Assembly: GCF_036321535.1 (NCBI RefSeq)
Contig: NC_087436.1
Span: forward strand, 80,168,001-80,232,000
Direction of reading: 5' to 3'
DNA: 64,000 bases
DNA from: Camelus dromedarius
Lineage: Eukaryota
Notes under the pieces: generated by a model
What the model saw: the letters and a program-made list of their open reading frames with translations, nothing else
Told to the model about the DNA's origin: nothing
Database searches by the model: none
Shown: one piece after another, positions 1-12,159 of the stretch
Layout of the letters: every line of letters starts with the position of its first letter
How positions within the stretch are numbered: position 1 is the stretch's first letter
Position numbers and translations under genes: made by a program

Positions 1-490
1 CACCAAAGAACATCCTAAGTAAATTTTCAAAACCAGTCATAAGAAAGTCTCAGAGGCACCCAGAAGGGAAAGTCATCTCCTATTCAGATGAAAAAAAATA
101 AGAATGACACTGATTTCTTGTAAAAAAAAAAAAAAAAATGCAATGAGGAAAACAGCAGTATCTTTACAGCACTGAAAGAAAAAAAGGCTGTCAACCTAGA
201 ATTCTATACTAGCAAAAATACGCTTCACAAATGAAGATCAAAGCAAACACCTTTTTATCCATACAAAAGCTGAAAGAATTCATTACAAGCAGACTCACAT
301 TACAAAAGACGTTAAAGGAAGCCCTTCAGGCAGAAAGAAAATAGCCATTGGAACTATGGCTGTACATAGAGGAATAAAGAGTACCAGGAATGGTAACTTC
401 ATGTGTAAATACATGACTTCTTGCTTACAATATAAATCTCTTTAAAAAATAACAGACTGTTTAAACAAAATATTAAAAATGTACTATCAA
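1..490 (+). mobile_element. Old LINE-1 fragment (ORF1 C-terminus and inter-ORF region)
   Basis: 'tcaacctagaattctatactagcaaaaatacgcttcacaaatgaag...aagctgaaagaattcattacaagcagactcacattacaaaagacgttaaaggaagcccttcaggcagaa' matches the degenerate L1 ORF1 C-terminal coding region; frameshifted. Confidence 0.8.
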
Positions 491-599
491 CCAAAAATCA
501 TTATTTTGACTTAAACTGAACCCTCTCCCTGAGGTCTTTTATAACTACTAAGAGTACCCTCATCATCTTCACCATCATTATTTTCATCATTATTGCTAT

Positions 600-760
600 G
601 TTGTCTCAATTAGTCTTCACAACCATCCTATGAGCTCAGGACTCTTGCTATTCCCATTTATAGGTAAGGAAAATGCAACACAAGAGGAAACTGCCCAAAG
701 ACACAAGGCATGACAGTAGTAGAGGTAGGATTGCAATCTGGCCGTCTGACCCCTGTGCCT
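600..760 (-). mobile_element. MIR SINE fragment
   Basis: 'tcttcacaaccatcctatgag...attcccatttataggtaaggaaaatg' is the reverse complement of the MIR core. Confidence 0.7.
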
Positions 761-784
761 ACACACAGTGGCACCATGTCTATC

Positions 785-870
785 AGTCACTCATTCATGA
801 AATAAATATTTATTGAGTGTCTTCCATGTGCCAGAATCCATGCCAGGCTCCAGACACAAGGGTACCAAGC
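785..870 (-). mobile_element. L2 3' end
   Basis: 'cactcattcat...aaatatttattgagtgtcttccatgtgccag' is the reverse complement of the L2 3' terminus. Confidence 0.7.
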
Positions 871-1099
871 AGCAGGCAGGAGCAGAATGTACCCTGAAAA
901 GCATGGGAAAGAAGCAGAAGAGGAAAGGGGTGGGGATGTGTGGGATAATTGGGGAGATGGAGGATTAGAGCTCTACCTTGGCTTATCTCGGTGGTTTACT
1001 GGTGGAAAAACTTAGAATTCCCTGTAGGATTTGGCTTCAGCTTTTGCCATGTGTCCTGCCTCTTTCGGTGTAGCCTCTGGAGCCTGGTTAACCAACTAA

Positions 1100-1255
1100 A
1101 GGTTGGCTCCATCACTTATAACCTGGGGCAGGAGTCTGTTAATTCTCTGGGTTTCCCCTCCAAAACAGAGATCTCAACTCTCAGAGCCTGCCTCCTCAAA
1201 CTGAACTGTTGGAAGAATTAAAGGAATGAGTCCATGCAGATACAGCACTTAAAAC
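1100..1255 (+). mobile_element. MIR fragment
   Basis: 'ggctccatcacttataacctggggcagg...ctctgggtttcccctccaaaacagag...gaagaattaaaggaatgag...cagcactta' resembles the MIR core. Confidence 0.55.
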
Positions 1256-2599
1256 TTTTCTTGGTTCCCCAGACAACTTCCTCTAGAAAATGTGGTGCCC
1301 ACAGCCCATGTGGTTAATAATCTAGAAGACTTCTCCCAATCAGAGTAATCCCCAGGCTGAAGAGAAGAATTTCCTCCTGCTATTTTCTCCCAGAGAAAGA
1401 AGGATAATATGCAGTTACCCAAAGACTTCTTAAAAGACAGATCAAAAATGTCTGAGCAGGGGATGATCCTTTTAAAAATGGAAAACTCTGGTCTCCTTGG
1501 TCTAAACCCATCCTCAGGCCACATCCTTTCCCCCTGGCAGCTATTTAGAATTACAGTAATAGTTATCTTTGGTTGACTGACCTGAGGAGCTAGGAGCTAT
1601 AAGCACATTCATTTAAAATTAAAAGAAAAAAAAAATCCTGAAATCCTTACTGAACTACTGGTTCCAAAAGACTTAAACTCAAAATCAAGCTCAATTAAAT
1701 TTCATATCTAGTTCCATTCCATCTCAGTCCTAAACTTATGCTTTATTCATTTATTATTTATATCAATAATTATTTTTATTTCTATTTATTGTTTATTTAT
1801 AGCTCACTCATCATGCAATATTAACCAGGCTATAACACAGGCTCTGATGGAAAGGTAGACTCCTTTTTCATTTGCCTTGATAAATATTTCAAACTGGTAG
1901 CCAAAATGCACAATTTCTCCATTTTTACATAAGCTCCTTGATGTGCTAGGTTATGAAGCACTACAAATTCTTTGCTATGGGTCCCAAAAGAAGTGCCTAT
2001 TATAACTGCCCCTAAGCTTCTCTACATTTAAGAAGATGCTTATACACAGAGATGTCACTGATTATACTGCAGCTAAGAACAGGCCTCTGCAAGCAAGCTA
2101 GAGGGCATATGGCTGGTGTGTTAGAGTCAACCACCGAATCACGGGCCAAGCAGAGGAAGTGACTGCCAGGCTAATTTAGAAAATGCGGTTTGTATTTGTC
2201 TCTGTGTTGACTCTAAATCTGGTTTAACAGTATATTTGATCCAAGCACTGTACAGTACCACTATAGAGAGGGCAAGTTCCAGTCACTTCAGAAACAAATG
2301 ATTATCGAACATTATGTTACACTGAATTTCATAATTTTATGAAAATTACCTGTGCACTAGCCTCCACTCCTAGGATGTGAATTTCTCCAACATAGAAAAT
2401 ATTCAGTTTTTTTTTTTTGCATGAATGAGTCTGGTAACTAATCAATGCAGTAACTAAGAATAGAGTTGTATATATGAAAACATATCTTGGGTGTGGATTA
2501 GAACCATATGAACATTTGTTCTACTCAAAACTACCTGCAAAGAACAAATCTATCCTTCAATTAATTACAGGTACCCTAAGACTCAATACTTGATCATTG

Positions 2600-2752
2600 T
2601 ACAGTAACAGTATCAGTGCCCATTTAATGAGAACTTACTATGTGTAGGGCCTATCGCCAGGTGCACTGTATTTCCATAAATATATTGCCATTTAAACTTC
2701 ACAACATCCCTATGAAGTAGATTTTCCCCCATTTTCCCATAAGAAAACTGCA
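2600..2752 (-). mobile_element. MIR fragment
   Basis: 'catttaatgagaacttactatgtg...catttaaacttcacaacatccctatgaagtag...cccattttcccataagaaaactg'. Confidence 0.7.
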
Positions 2753-3344
2753 TTTTGCTTTGCAAGTTTTACCTTTTTTATCAAGATAGTTGTTGTTCTT
2801 GATAAATAATATAAATGACACCTCAAGATTTTAAATAATTCATGTAGGTCCTGTATCACCTCCGTCTTGTTCCCTGGAGAAATTACAAATGGGTGCTCTC
2901 ATTTCTGGAGCAGGGTCTGTCGGAGGTAAGCACTTCCACAGTGCATTATGGTTTTGGTCAGTGGACAGAGGGGAATTACTGCATTCTTACTATTAGCCCT
3001 CTCTCTTTACTAGGTCTCTTGTTTCACTGTCTCCTTCTTGACCCTCTGACTTTTTCATTAGGGAACAGACATGTAAATGAGAAAAAGTCAAACCCCACAT
3101 CTGTCCTTTCCAGATATTTTTCACTGAGTTTCACATTAGTCTCACACCTTTGTTGAACTATGTGGAACATACCTAGTTCATCTAACACCAGAAAAGTTCA
3201 TCCTCGCTAGCATATTCAACAATTAAAATTGTATGGTGCACTAGTCTCAAAATAATTCTGTTTATTTAAAATGGCCTCTGGAATATAACCGGGTGTTTAG
3301 GAAGGCAGCTTTAATAATGACTATGAACTCATGACTCTTCAGGG

Positions 3345-3411
3345 TAACCAGCACCTAGCACAGTAGCTGCCACAGGCATGCACTCAGTAAGTACTTTTTG
3401 AATGAGTGAAG
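3345..3411 (+). mobile_element. L2 3' end
   Basis: 'ccagcacctagcacagtagctgccacaggcatgcactcagtaagtactttttgaatgagtgaa'. Confidence 0.65.
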
Positions 3412-4429
3412 ATTCTATTACCTGTGAGTCTAACTGTTCCCTGCCAAGGATGTCTTCCCTTATGTTGTCTTCTCTTACACCACTGATCAGGACAAATTCC
3501 AATCACAGGTCTATCACACGGCCCTTAAGTTAGCAAGTGGGTACCACACCCAGAAAGGATGTCATTGCTTGAAAGGTCAAGAGGGGCCTGGACAGCCAGA
3601 CACACACCACGTGTGTGTGCACAGGATCACAAACGGCTCACCCTCTGGGATGAGAACAGAGAAAAGAGGTGAGGAAATGTATCCCCCATTTCATGGATAG
3701 TGATCCAGGACTTTTTTTTTTAATCACAAACCCCCAAGGCCAAGCATTAATTAAAAAGGTCATTGCAGAAAACCTTTCGGGAGAGAACATCAAAACACTA
3801 AAAGCTACAGAGGGTAAACATTTGTATTATTTGATCCAAAATGATTTTTTTTCCTCTTATGAAGCAATTGTCTACAAACTTACAAAGAAACCAAGGGATG
3901 ATACCAAGGGTAAGACAGCATGTAAAATTTTATTCTGTGATCATCCTTAACACTGGCTCTTAGAACCAGTACTTCAGACTACTGGCATTTAAATGCACTG
4001 TGGCCTGATGTCTTTCCTCTAAGCTGTCCTTCTTAACAGGCCTTGCCCACTGATAGCCAAAGATGAAGCAGAACAGGAGGCGTTATTTTCTTTGCAAAGC
4101 ACCCACTAATGTAGTATGTTCTGTCCCAAATAAAATACTTCAAAGAGTTGATTCCATTTCTAAGGTGTACCCATGTACGCCTATAAACACAGATTTATCC
4201 TCTCCTCTCTGATGACAAAAGCTAAATTAGTCTAATGAATGAGTGCTGCATCCGTAGAGGGCTCCTGTGTTCTAACTATGCCACCTCTCCAATCAATTTA
4301 CCATTCCAAAGTGCAAAATGATTTAGGAAAAGCTGTCAAATAGTAGAGAAAGAAAATCTAATCTGGATAAATTATTAAGAAAAAAGCTTCGAGTCTTTAA
4401 CATTGAAACTGTCCACGGAGATTTAGAAA

Positions 4430-4745
4430 CAAAGGTGACAGGGGGCGAGAGGGGTGGAGGTGGGAAGGGGGACTGGATGCCACCAGGGGCACTGTCTAGC
4501 CCTGGGACAAATGGAAAGGAAGAAGAGCGGGGAAGTTCCATGTTGAGGGATAAAGATAAAAAGGCTACAGAGGCAGGTGACCAAAAGAACAAGTATGAGA
4601 CATGGACATGAATAAGGGAAAAGACAAAAGGGGACAAGGAAAGTGGAGGAAAAGGAAAAGAGAAGGTGAGAGGGGTCACGGAAAGGGAGAGGGAGAGCAG
4701 AGGGCGCCTGCAGGGAAGAACGAAAAGAAGAGAAACAGAGAGAAT
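4430..4745. repeat. Purine-rich (GA) low-complexity tract
   Basis: Strong G/A strand bias with G-runs; explains spurious ORFs 4323-4679 and 4602-4832. Confidence 0.7.
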
Positions 4746-4804
4746 CAGAGCAGCTCCTCCATCATCGGCGTGGCCTTCTTCATCTTCGTCTCTTGTTTTT
4801 TTTT

Positions 4805-5400
4805 TTCAGATGGCACCCTGACAGAAGATTAATTCAAGTCAGCTGCTGAAAATAATTATTGCATTATGGGAGCAGTAATCATTATTTAGAACATGATTAA
4901 ATATGTCTGCACCTATTGACTCTGCCTATGATTTATGTATTTGTTTAGTCAATAGTCTAATGTAAATGATGTAATTAATTATAGATGGTGGTGTCAGGTC
5001 ATTGGTGAAAACAATCTGAGGAGAACAAGGGCTCTGTTTTTTTCATGACAGATGCAGGGGGAGGGGGTGGGCTGAGTTGAGGGAATTCCAGGGGAACTTT
5101 TTCACGTGTGAATGGCGGCTTGGAGCTCCATTTGCATGTTGTCTTTCTCTTGTTCAGCCTTCGTTTAGAAATTGAAATAACTTGTTAAGCAAAGGGGAAG
5201 GGAGCACATGATTGCCAAGAGGACGCCTGGGACTCGGGCGGGTGAGGAGGTGAAGAGCCAGCTGCTCCCTAACACAGGGGAGCGTGGCACCACCATTTAC
5301 CGCTTCATAAAATTAAATGTTTTCCAAATTAAATCAGTAGGCCGTGTGCAGGAGGCCGACTATCTCTAATAACAATTTTTCAATCAATATGAGGGGCCTG
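4805..5400. promoter_or_regulatory. Candidate conserved non-coding element / developmental enhancer
   Basis: Repeat-free and dense in TAAT/ATTA; TGATTTAT 4929-4936, TGACAG 4819-4824 and 5046-5051, CACGTG 5103-5108, ATTTGCAT 5130-5137, AATCAATA 5382-5389. Conservation is inferred, not measured. Confidence 0.65.
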
Positions 5401-6904
5401 GCCGGTATGAAATCTGAGCTGGGAAAGTTAGCATTGGCGGGGGGGGGCGGGTACGCTGGGGGAGGTGGAAACAAGGTTTGAGTCCCGAAGCTTTCCATCA
5501 AACCAAAGGTTTAAAAAAATATAGATATATATGCATGGAGGATTCGCCATCACTGTGAGTCTATTCCCCGTAGATTTTTCTCTTAACTGATAATTCGGTC
5601 AGTCACATTCCTCAGAGGGAGGTCATAGGTCACCCCAGCCCCTGTCAGGCCTCAGAGAAACCATTTCCATTTTAATGCCACAGCTATAATCTATCAAAGA
5701 TGTGATGTACAAGATACAATGAATTTAAGTGGTCTTCATATATCACTGAGCTTTCATGCCTTCACCTGGGTAATAGTCTGAATTACTCTCTCTACCTCAC
5801 AATCTGTCACCCCCAGTAAAATAACTGCCATGATGGTGTTAATGGCAGATTTGTCCAAATTGGGGCCACAGTAGCCAAAGTCATTCTACATCATAAACTT
5901 TAGCATTCAGTGCTTAGCTTGGAAAGGGCCCGGAGCTTAAAATTCTTCTGTAAATAATTCTGTAGAGAGGCTCTGCTCATGTTTTTATTTATAAGCACTA
6001 AAATAAATCTCGTTGGGGCTGCACGCAGCCTCCTGCCTTCTCCATCTTTCTGTATCTAGTCCTCCAGTCCTCTCCCTCTCCAGCCCATCTAATCTGACCT
6101 GTCACTTGTCCCAGAAAGGGATCTAATAGACACAGGTCTCTTCCTTAGACAATAAACACGGCAGAGTTCAGAAGACTCAGCTCATAGTGAGTGACCTTCT
6201 CCGCAACTCCACTGTTAACCCTTCCCAGGGTACCACGAAGGAGTAAAAGTAGTACAAGTTGCTGACACGTGTACCTCCTACCTAAACCATCCCTGGTCGT
6301 GTGCACTGCAAAAGCCTCCAGAGGTGGGGGTCCCCAGTGGTCCCCTTATTCAAGTAGGTTCAGGCACCCCTCTCCGTTTCTATTCTTTTCACTGCTACCA
6401 TGGTCCATCCTCACCAATATCCAATCTACTATTTTATTTGCAGCCTTTTAGATCAAGGGGTAGAGAGCTGAGTTTGGACCCCTTGTGTCTGAGTTATGGC
6501 AATAGTATTACAAAGGGATGATATCTTTCCTGACCCAGAAAGTATCTGCCATTCCACCCACGGACCCGTAGGATAGAAAAGACTGTTTAACGGTTGATCA
6601 CTTAGGTACCAAAACCCCTTGGATCAGACCAAGAAAGACTTAGGTTATATCTGTTGGCTACAAGCATTCATCTCACCAAAGTTCCTGTATAAACATCTTA
6701 TAATGATGTATCACCTATGTTCGAGAAACTCCAAGAACTGAGGCAATACTGAGATAAGAATACAGACTCTAAATAAAATCTCATAACATATTCCCAATCT
6801 CCCAGAAAAGAGGCCATTTTATTTTATTCATAGGTCACCTAGTACCAGAGCCAACCAATGCTTATAATTAATAATCACAAATTAATATACAAAAACAGTT
6901 TTTC

Positions 6905-7052
6905 AGAGGATTCTGTTTCTGCATCACTTCTAGCCTTTCTGTAGCTCATTATTTCTATATGAAAATTGGAGCCATTAGGACTTACAGACATTTTACCACT
7001 CAAGGTCATGGTAAGGATTAATGAAGCAAGGCTTATAAGATGCCTTGGACCA
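6905..7052 (+). mobile_element. MIR fragment
   Basis: 'ctcattatttctatatgaaaattggag...ctcaaggtcatggtaaggattaatgaagcaagg'. Confidence 0.5.
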
Positions 7053-8288
7053 CTCACTCTTTCCATGGCTATGGATTTCTAGAAATGGAGGCCAAGCTGC
7101 CTAGAAAGCTGATGGCTTGGTTAAAAGGCAAAAAAAGTCAATAGAATTGAAATTATTTAGGAAAGGTTCAGACAGAACATGGAGCAGCGATCATTCCTTC
7201 AGGCTGCCAGGCGGGCAGGGCCTGTGTGTAGCAATAACAAAAGAGGCTGGCCCTCCAGCTCCTGATGGTGCTTTCATTAAGGTAAACAGTATATTATTCA
7301 TGCTGAGGGCTTCTCCAGCAGGCTCTGTTTGCTTCCACTTTATCTGGGTTTCTTTGCAGTGAATTGTAAACTCAGGAGATGTAAATTAGAAATACGGTCC
7401 CAGCCCGTCAAAATCAATGAAAGCCCTTACCTTCAGCTGGAAAGAAACTGGAGTGAACGAGGTCAGAAGGAGGAATGTTCTTTCTATCTATGTTCTTGAG
7501 CCCAGTGTGGATCAGACCTTATTGGACCCTCTTGTCTGTTCATGAAGCATGTTTTTAAGCACATATCATACGAGCACGGACAGTGAAAAGATGGTCTCAC
7601 TCCTACAGAGTCACCTCTCGGCAGGCCCCTGAAGAGGGAACGTGTCCCGTGAGCACAGATGTCCCAGGGAACCACTTTCTCATAATTCTGCACACCTTTT
7701 GGCCTGAAAGGTTCTTTAGATTGTTATAGATATAAAAAAAAATCATTGAACCCCAGTCTCCTCTAAAAGAAACTTGAGAACTTGCACAAAGAATTCCAAA
7801 AGGCTTTCCTTAAAAAAGTACAGACTGATTTTACCAAGTAATTCAATTCACTTCCCTAAAATGGATAGAGCTGAACAAGAGTTAACAAACTGTGCAGGCC
7901 AACATTTAGAAAATCATCACAGATTCCCAAAGAGAGTAGTAAAAATGTCCAGCTGGGAAGCACTTGTCCACCACCCCCACCAGCCCCCGAAGGTTAAGAG
8001 AACAAGCCTTAAAAAGATAACGGGCTGTGTGCCGATGACCTGCAGATTTCCTAAAGGTGTTGCTTTTCCTGTGGGAAAACACCTGGAAGCAGGGCTCTGC
8101 TGATCCCAAGTCTGCATGCTTTCATAGTTTGCAAAGCTCTTCCCAGGCATTTAGAGTCAGATCAGCAAAAATCCCTCCACCCTTCATCTCCCAAAAGGTT
8201 TTCAGCTAGGGCCAGAGCTTTGGGCTGGTTCTGAGCACTTAAATATACCTCCTAAATCAGTGTTTCTCAAACATCAACACGTGCCTGA

Positions 8289-8503
8289 TAGGGTTACAAG
8301 AGAAAAGACAAGATACACAGTTTGACTTGAATTTCAGATTAAAATAAAGAGGTTTGGGGTACAAATATGTTCCAAAAATTGCATAGGACATACTTACCCC
8401 TAAAAAATGTTGTTTGAAATTCAAATTTAACTGAGTGTCTTGGGGATTTTTGTTTCTTTGCTTGCTTTTGTGTTTGTTTTGTTTGCTAAATGTAGCAAGC
8501 CTA
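8289..8503. mobile_element. MER53 palindromic hAT MITE
   Basis: Termini 'tagggtt...' and '...gcaagccta'; internal inverted repeat ttgaatttca (8327-8336) / tgaaattcaa (8415-8424); centre 'tatgttccaaaaattgcataggacatactta'. Confidence 0.75.
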
Positions 8504-8524
8504 GAATGAGAATTACCTGGGTTG

Positions 8525-8668
8525 TGTACACTTCACAACGTAGATACATACAGCAGTGTTCATTATACTTATCATGCTGTACATCACATCCCTAGCACTT
8601 ATTTATCTTATAACTGAAAGTTTGTACCTTTTGGCTGCCTTCATCCAGTTTCTCCTCCCCCACTCCAT
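8525..8668 (-). mobile_element. LINE-1 3' UTR fragment
   Basis: 'catgctgtacatcacatccctagcacttatttatcttataactgaaagtttgtaccttttg' is typical laurasiatherian L1 3' UTR in reverse orientation. Confidence 0.8.
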
Positions 8669-10129
8669 TGACCTGGATTTGACAGTTTTATTGTGGGGTC
8701 AAGACACCTTATTTTTAAAGTGAGCACTACGGATGACTCCAGTGCTGGTAGACTTGAAGCCACTCCTTAAGGAACACACACTCCTTAAGTGGTGGAATGT
8801 CCCCTGATGCACCTTCGTATATCAGCAGCAAAGTGTTCTGAATTTAAAGGTGCTGGTTATTATAACTTTGCTACAGGAAGTCTAATATTTGCGAACCCTT
8901 CTAAAATCCCAAAGACAGATAGAGTCCTTGATCCCCCAGAGGTGATAAGCACAAACAATATGAATTTCTGTCAAGGGACAAATGGAGCCTATTACCTTTT
9001 ACCGGTAATTTTCCTTTTTCACATATAGAATAAACTGATTTCTGTTGCTGTATTTCTTTTGCAACTTGGGTATTATTTACAATAAATTGAATCCTTTCTG
9101 TGCTTGACATATTACACTGATCTATGACTTTGCTTTCATTTTGTCCTGTTAACTAGAAACCCACTTCATCGTGAAATATGTTCCTCACACTTTCCTCCAC
9201 AGTGAGTAAAAACATTGATAAAGCATCATAAATTGTAGGTCATTTCTCAAATGCTTCCTGGTACAGTGAGGATTGGGAGAAAGAAAAGTAAGTACTGATC
9301 AATGGCCACTTGATAAAATATATGCTGAATGTATGGACAGAAAAGCAATGGATGTATTAGAAGCCACATTATAAGGATGCTCGTCTCACATCCAGACTTC
9401 ATTCTTTATGCCACAATACCAACGGTAATTCAGCCTTCCTTTCTAGCAAACTTACTCCTGCCCCCAAAATAGTTTTAATGTATATTTCTAACAGTGATTT
9501 TTGCCTAAGTTGCCTAGACAATTGAAAAGGAAGGAATATACCTAAGCTACCGGGATAGTTACCGAGTCCTCCTCTTTATTCTGTGTGACTCTTGGGTACA
9601 TATTGTTGCTAGAGCCTAATTTGGACCAGAGATGTGAAAATAACACTGACCTCAGAACACACAATACCACTAACATAATGAGATATGCCGATTTACTGTG
9701 AGTCAAGAAATTTACCAGACTTTTTACCAGCATTATCTCAGGCAGGACTTTACAGCAACATTTTAGAAATGAAGAGTTAATGACTGGGTTCGGATCACAA
9801 GGTAAGGGATGGAAAGAGAGACAAAGAGGTGCAGGAAAAGGAAAAAAGGTTAAAAGAAAAAAAAAGGAGTCTGGCAGGGAGAGAAGCATGATGTACTTCA
9901 AAATTGATTTCGGCTCAACTGTTTCCCAGGACTTTTTCTCAGAAATACTCCAAATATAGGTCAAATATCTGAGATCCTTGAATATTCTGAGGAATCAATG
10001 CCTTTCTTTGCTATAGTACAATGTCTACTTTATCAAACTTTCCTTCCCTTGGAAGCTGTCCCTTACAACATTACAACGCTCTTTAAAAGTAAACTCAGCT
10101 ACGAAAATAAGCACTTGCCAGTATTTCCT

Positions 10130-10350
10130 GGTATTACATGGCTCAGCGTACTCAGCCTAACCACTGCAGTGCTTAGGGTCGTGGATGCCTTACCGCCAGA
10201 AGCTAACTAATTCTCTGCCAAGTCTTCTCAGCCACACAATGAGGGAAATGAACCTGCCTCTCAGGATGGCTATGAAGAATAGGTTATAAAAATGAGTGCA
10301 AAACCCTTTGCAAATACCAAATGCTGTGTGAATGCTAAGTAATAATAAAG
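10130..10350 (+). mobile_element. MIR fragment
   Basis: 'cctgcctctcaggatggctatgaagaatagg...gtgcaaaaccctttgcaaataccaaatgctgtgtgaatgctaagtaataata'. Confidence 0.55.
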
Positions 10351-10857
10351 ATCTGTATGAACGCAATAAAACAGCCCAACTTCCAGGTGCTTTTTCAAAC
10401 TGGACACCAACCATTTAAGATTCATCCATCATGCACCTCCAGGCATCCCTGTCTGCATTGCAAGGAAATGGAAAAATTGAATTTCAAAGCATAGAAGCCC
10501 CCAGACCTTGACCATTCAAAGTAATGGGTTATGTTAGTTGGTTAATGAAGATAATGCTTATGAAGGAATGAAAGGACAAAAGTACCAATTACCATTTGAC
10601 TTTGTTTTCAGCTCAGAGGGCATAAGATTCTAGCTGCAAGTAGATATTGGCATCATCATAAAGGTGTGAGGTACAAAGCCACTGTCACAGGGTATGTAGA
10701 GTCATTACGCCTGTTCCCGACTCCTCCAAGAAGTCACTTGTCAGTAATCCCCAAGCACTGCCTATGTGTTAGAAAACAGGAGAGGGGGAGAAATATCATG
10801 TAATAATAAGCAACAGGACAATGATGACTTTCAGCAGCCCTGTGCAGCAAAAGGACA

Positions 10858-10974
10858 GAGGAGAAGAAAAGAAAGAAGGAAGGAAGGTTCGGGGAAGTGA
10901 GGGAGGGAGGGAGGAAGAGAGAGAGAGAGAGAAAGAAAGAGAGAGAGAGAGAAAGCAAGCAAGCAAGCAAGAAA
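10858..10974. repeat. Compound GA-rich microsatellite (GAAG/GGGA/GA/GCAA)
   Basis: Directly visible tandem units. Confidence 0.9.
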
Positions 10975-12159
10975 GCTCTTCTCCAGCAAACCATTTCTTC
11001 CACAGACATGATTCACTAACATTTGATCTGACAAGTCGTAGGCACTTCTAACATTATTTTTTTCCCCTTTGCTGTTCATTTGGGGAGCAAAGATTTATTG
11101 CCTCTCTTGAAAAGGACAAGGGATGCACTAGAAATAAGAATTAAAAGGGTTTTTTTCCCCCTGTTGCCTATCTTTATAAAAAAAGAACTACTTCTTGACT
11201 AGATTTTTAATTCTTTTTGGCTCCAAAATCCAGTGAATCTCTGTCTATAATATTAAATAAAATTTGGAGACAGAAGCAAATAGTAGTTATGTTGTGGGGC
11301 AAGGGGAGGCAGTCCATGTAAAAGTCAAATCTCTCCCCATGTGAAGTTTCCTTTCCACCCTCAGTCAATAGCCCTCGTCACTCCTCTTTAAATGCAGTGT
11401 GTGCAAATCTGCTGCACATATGAGCCGTATATAGGTTTGCATTGAATGGACACTAAAAAAAAAAAATATGTAAGTTTTCATTCACAAAATATCAAGCAAT
11501 CATTGTTTAATAAAACAAAGGGGGCTGGGTCCTAGGCTGCATAGATGCTGTTGGGTATCTAATGAATTGCTCTAAGAAACAAAAATAAGCCAGCAGAGCC
11601 AGGGACTTGGCTGCACTGACTTTTACTCCTGGCTGCAAAAGAGCATAGTTTTTGTCATCTCCCTGTTTGTAGGTAAGTGGGTCTAAAGAGAAAGGGGAAG
11701 AGGAACAGGTGAAGTTTGTTCAACACACAGGATATAAAACTAATTTTTATGAGTGGTATCATGTTTTATCACTGGTAAGACAGCTATAACCTCCCGATAT
11801 ATGCATATTATATATATATGCATATACACCCTTTTAAAGCGGTCCTAGCTCTACCTGTTAAAATGGCAGAGAACCTCTCAGCATTTCCAATATAAAACCT
11901 GATTTGCAGGGATTTATAACTAAACTGAAGATTTCCTTTAGGGTGAAGCAAGAAACACCAGGTCTCAGCTCAGAGCACAATTTTGTTTTCAGTTTTCTGG
12001 GAAGTTTGGTTTAGTCATGATCAACTTATGGAAATGCAAAAATAAATAAGTCAAAGCTTATGGGGATCTGGCTTTTTTCCTCTTTTTAAAAAATCCTCGT
12101 GGAGTTTTCAAACTGCTTGGTTATCTGAAATGACATTTAGTCCAAAATATGGATTTCTT

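Larger units (their letters stand above)
8258..8780 (+). mobile_element. MER5-like hAT-Charlie MITE, split by two later insertions
   Basis: Starts 'cagtgtttctcaaac...gtgc', resumes 'agaattacctggg', ends 'gatgactccagtgctggtagacttgaagccactccttaaggaacac'. Confidence 0.55.

Noticed and set aside
4478..4710. CTCF-like motifs (ccaccaggggcac; agagcagagggcgc)
   Set aside because: The first lacks one G of the core spacing and the second lacks the key CC; both lie in G-rich low-complexity DNA.
10734..11079. ORFs spanning the GA microsatellite
   Set aside because: These are low-complexity translations of a simple repeat.
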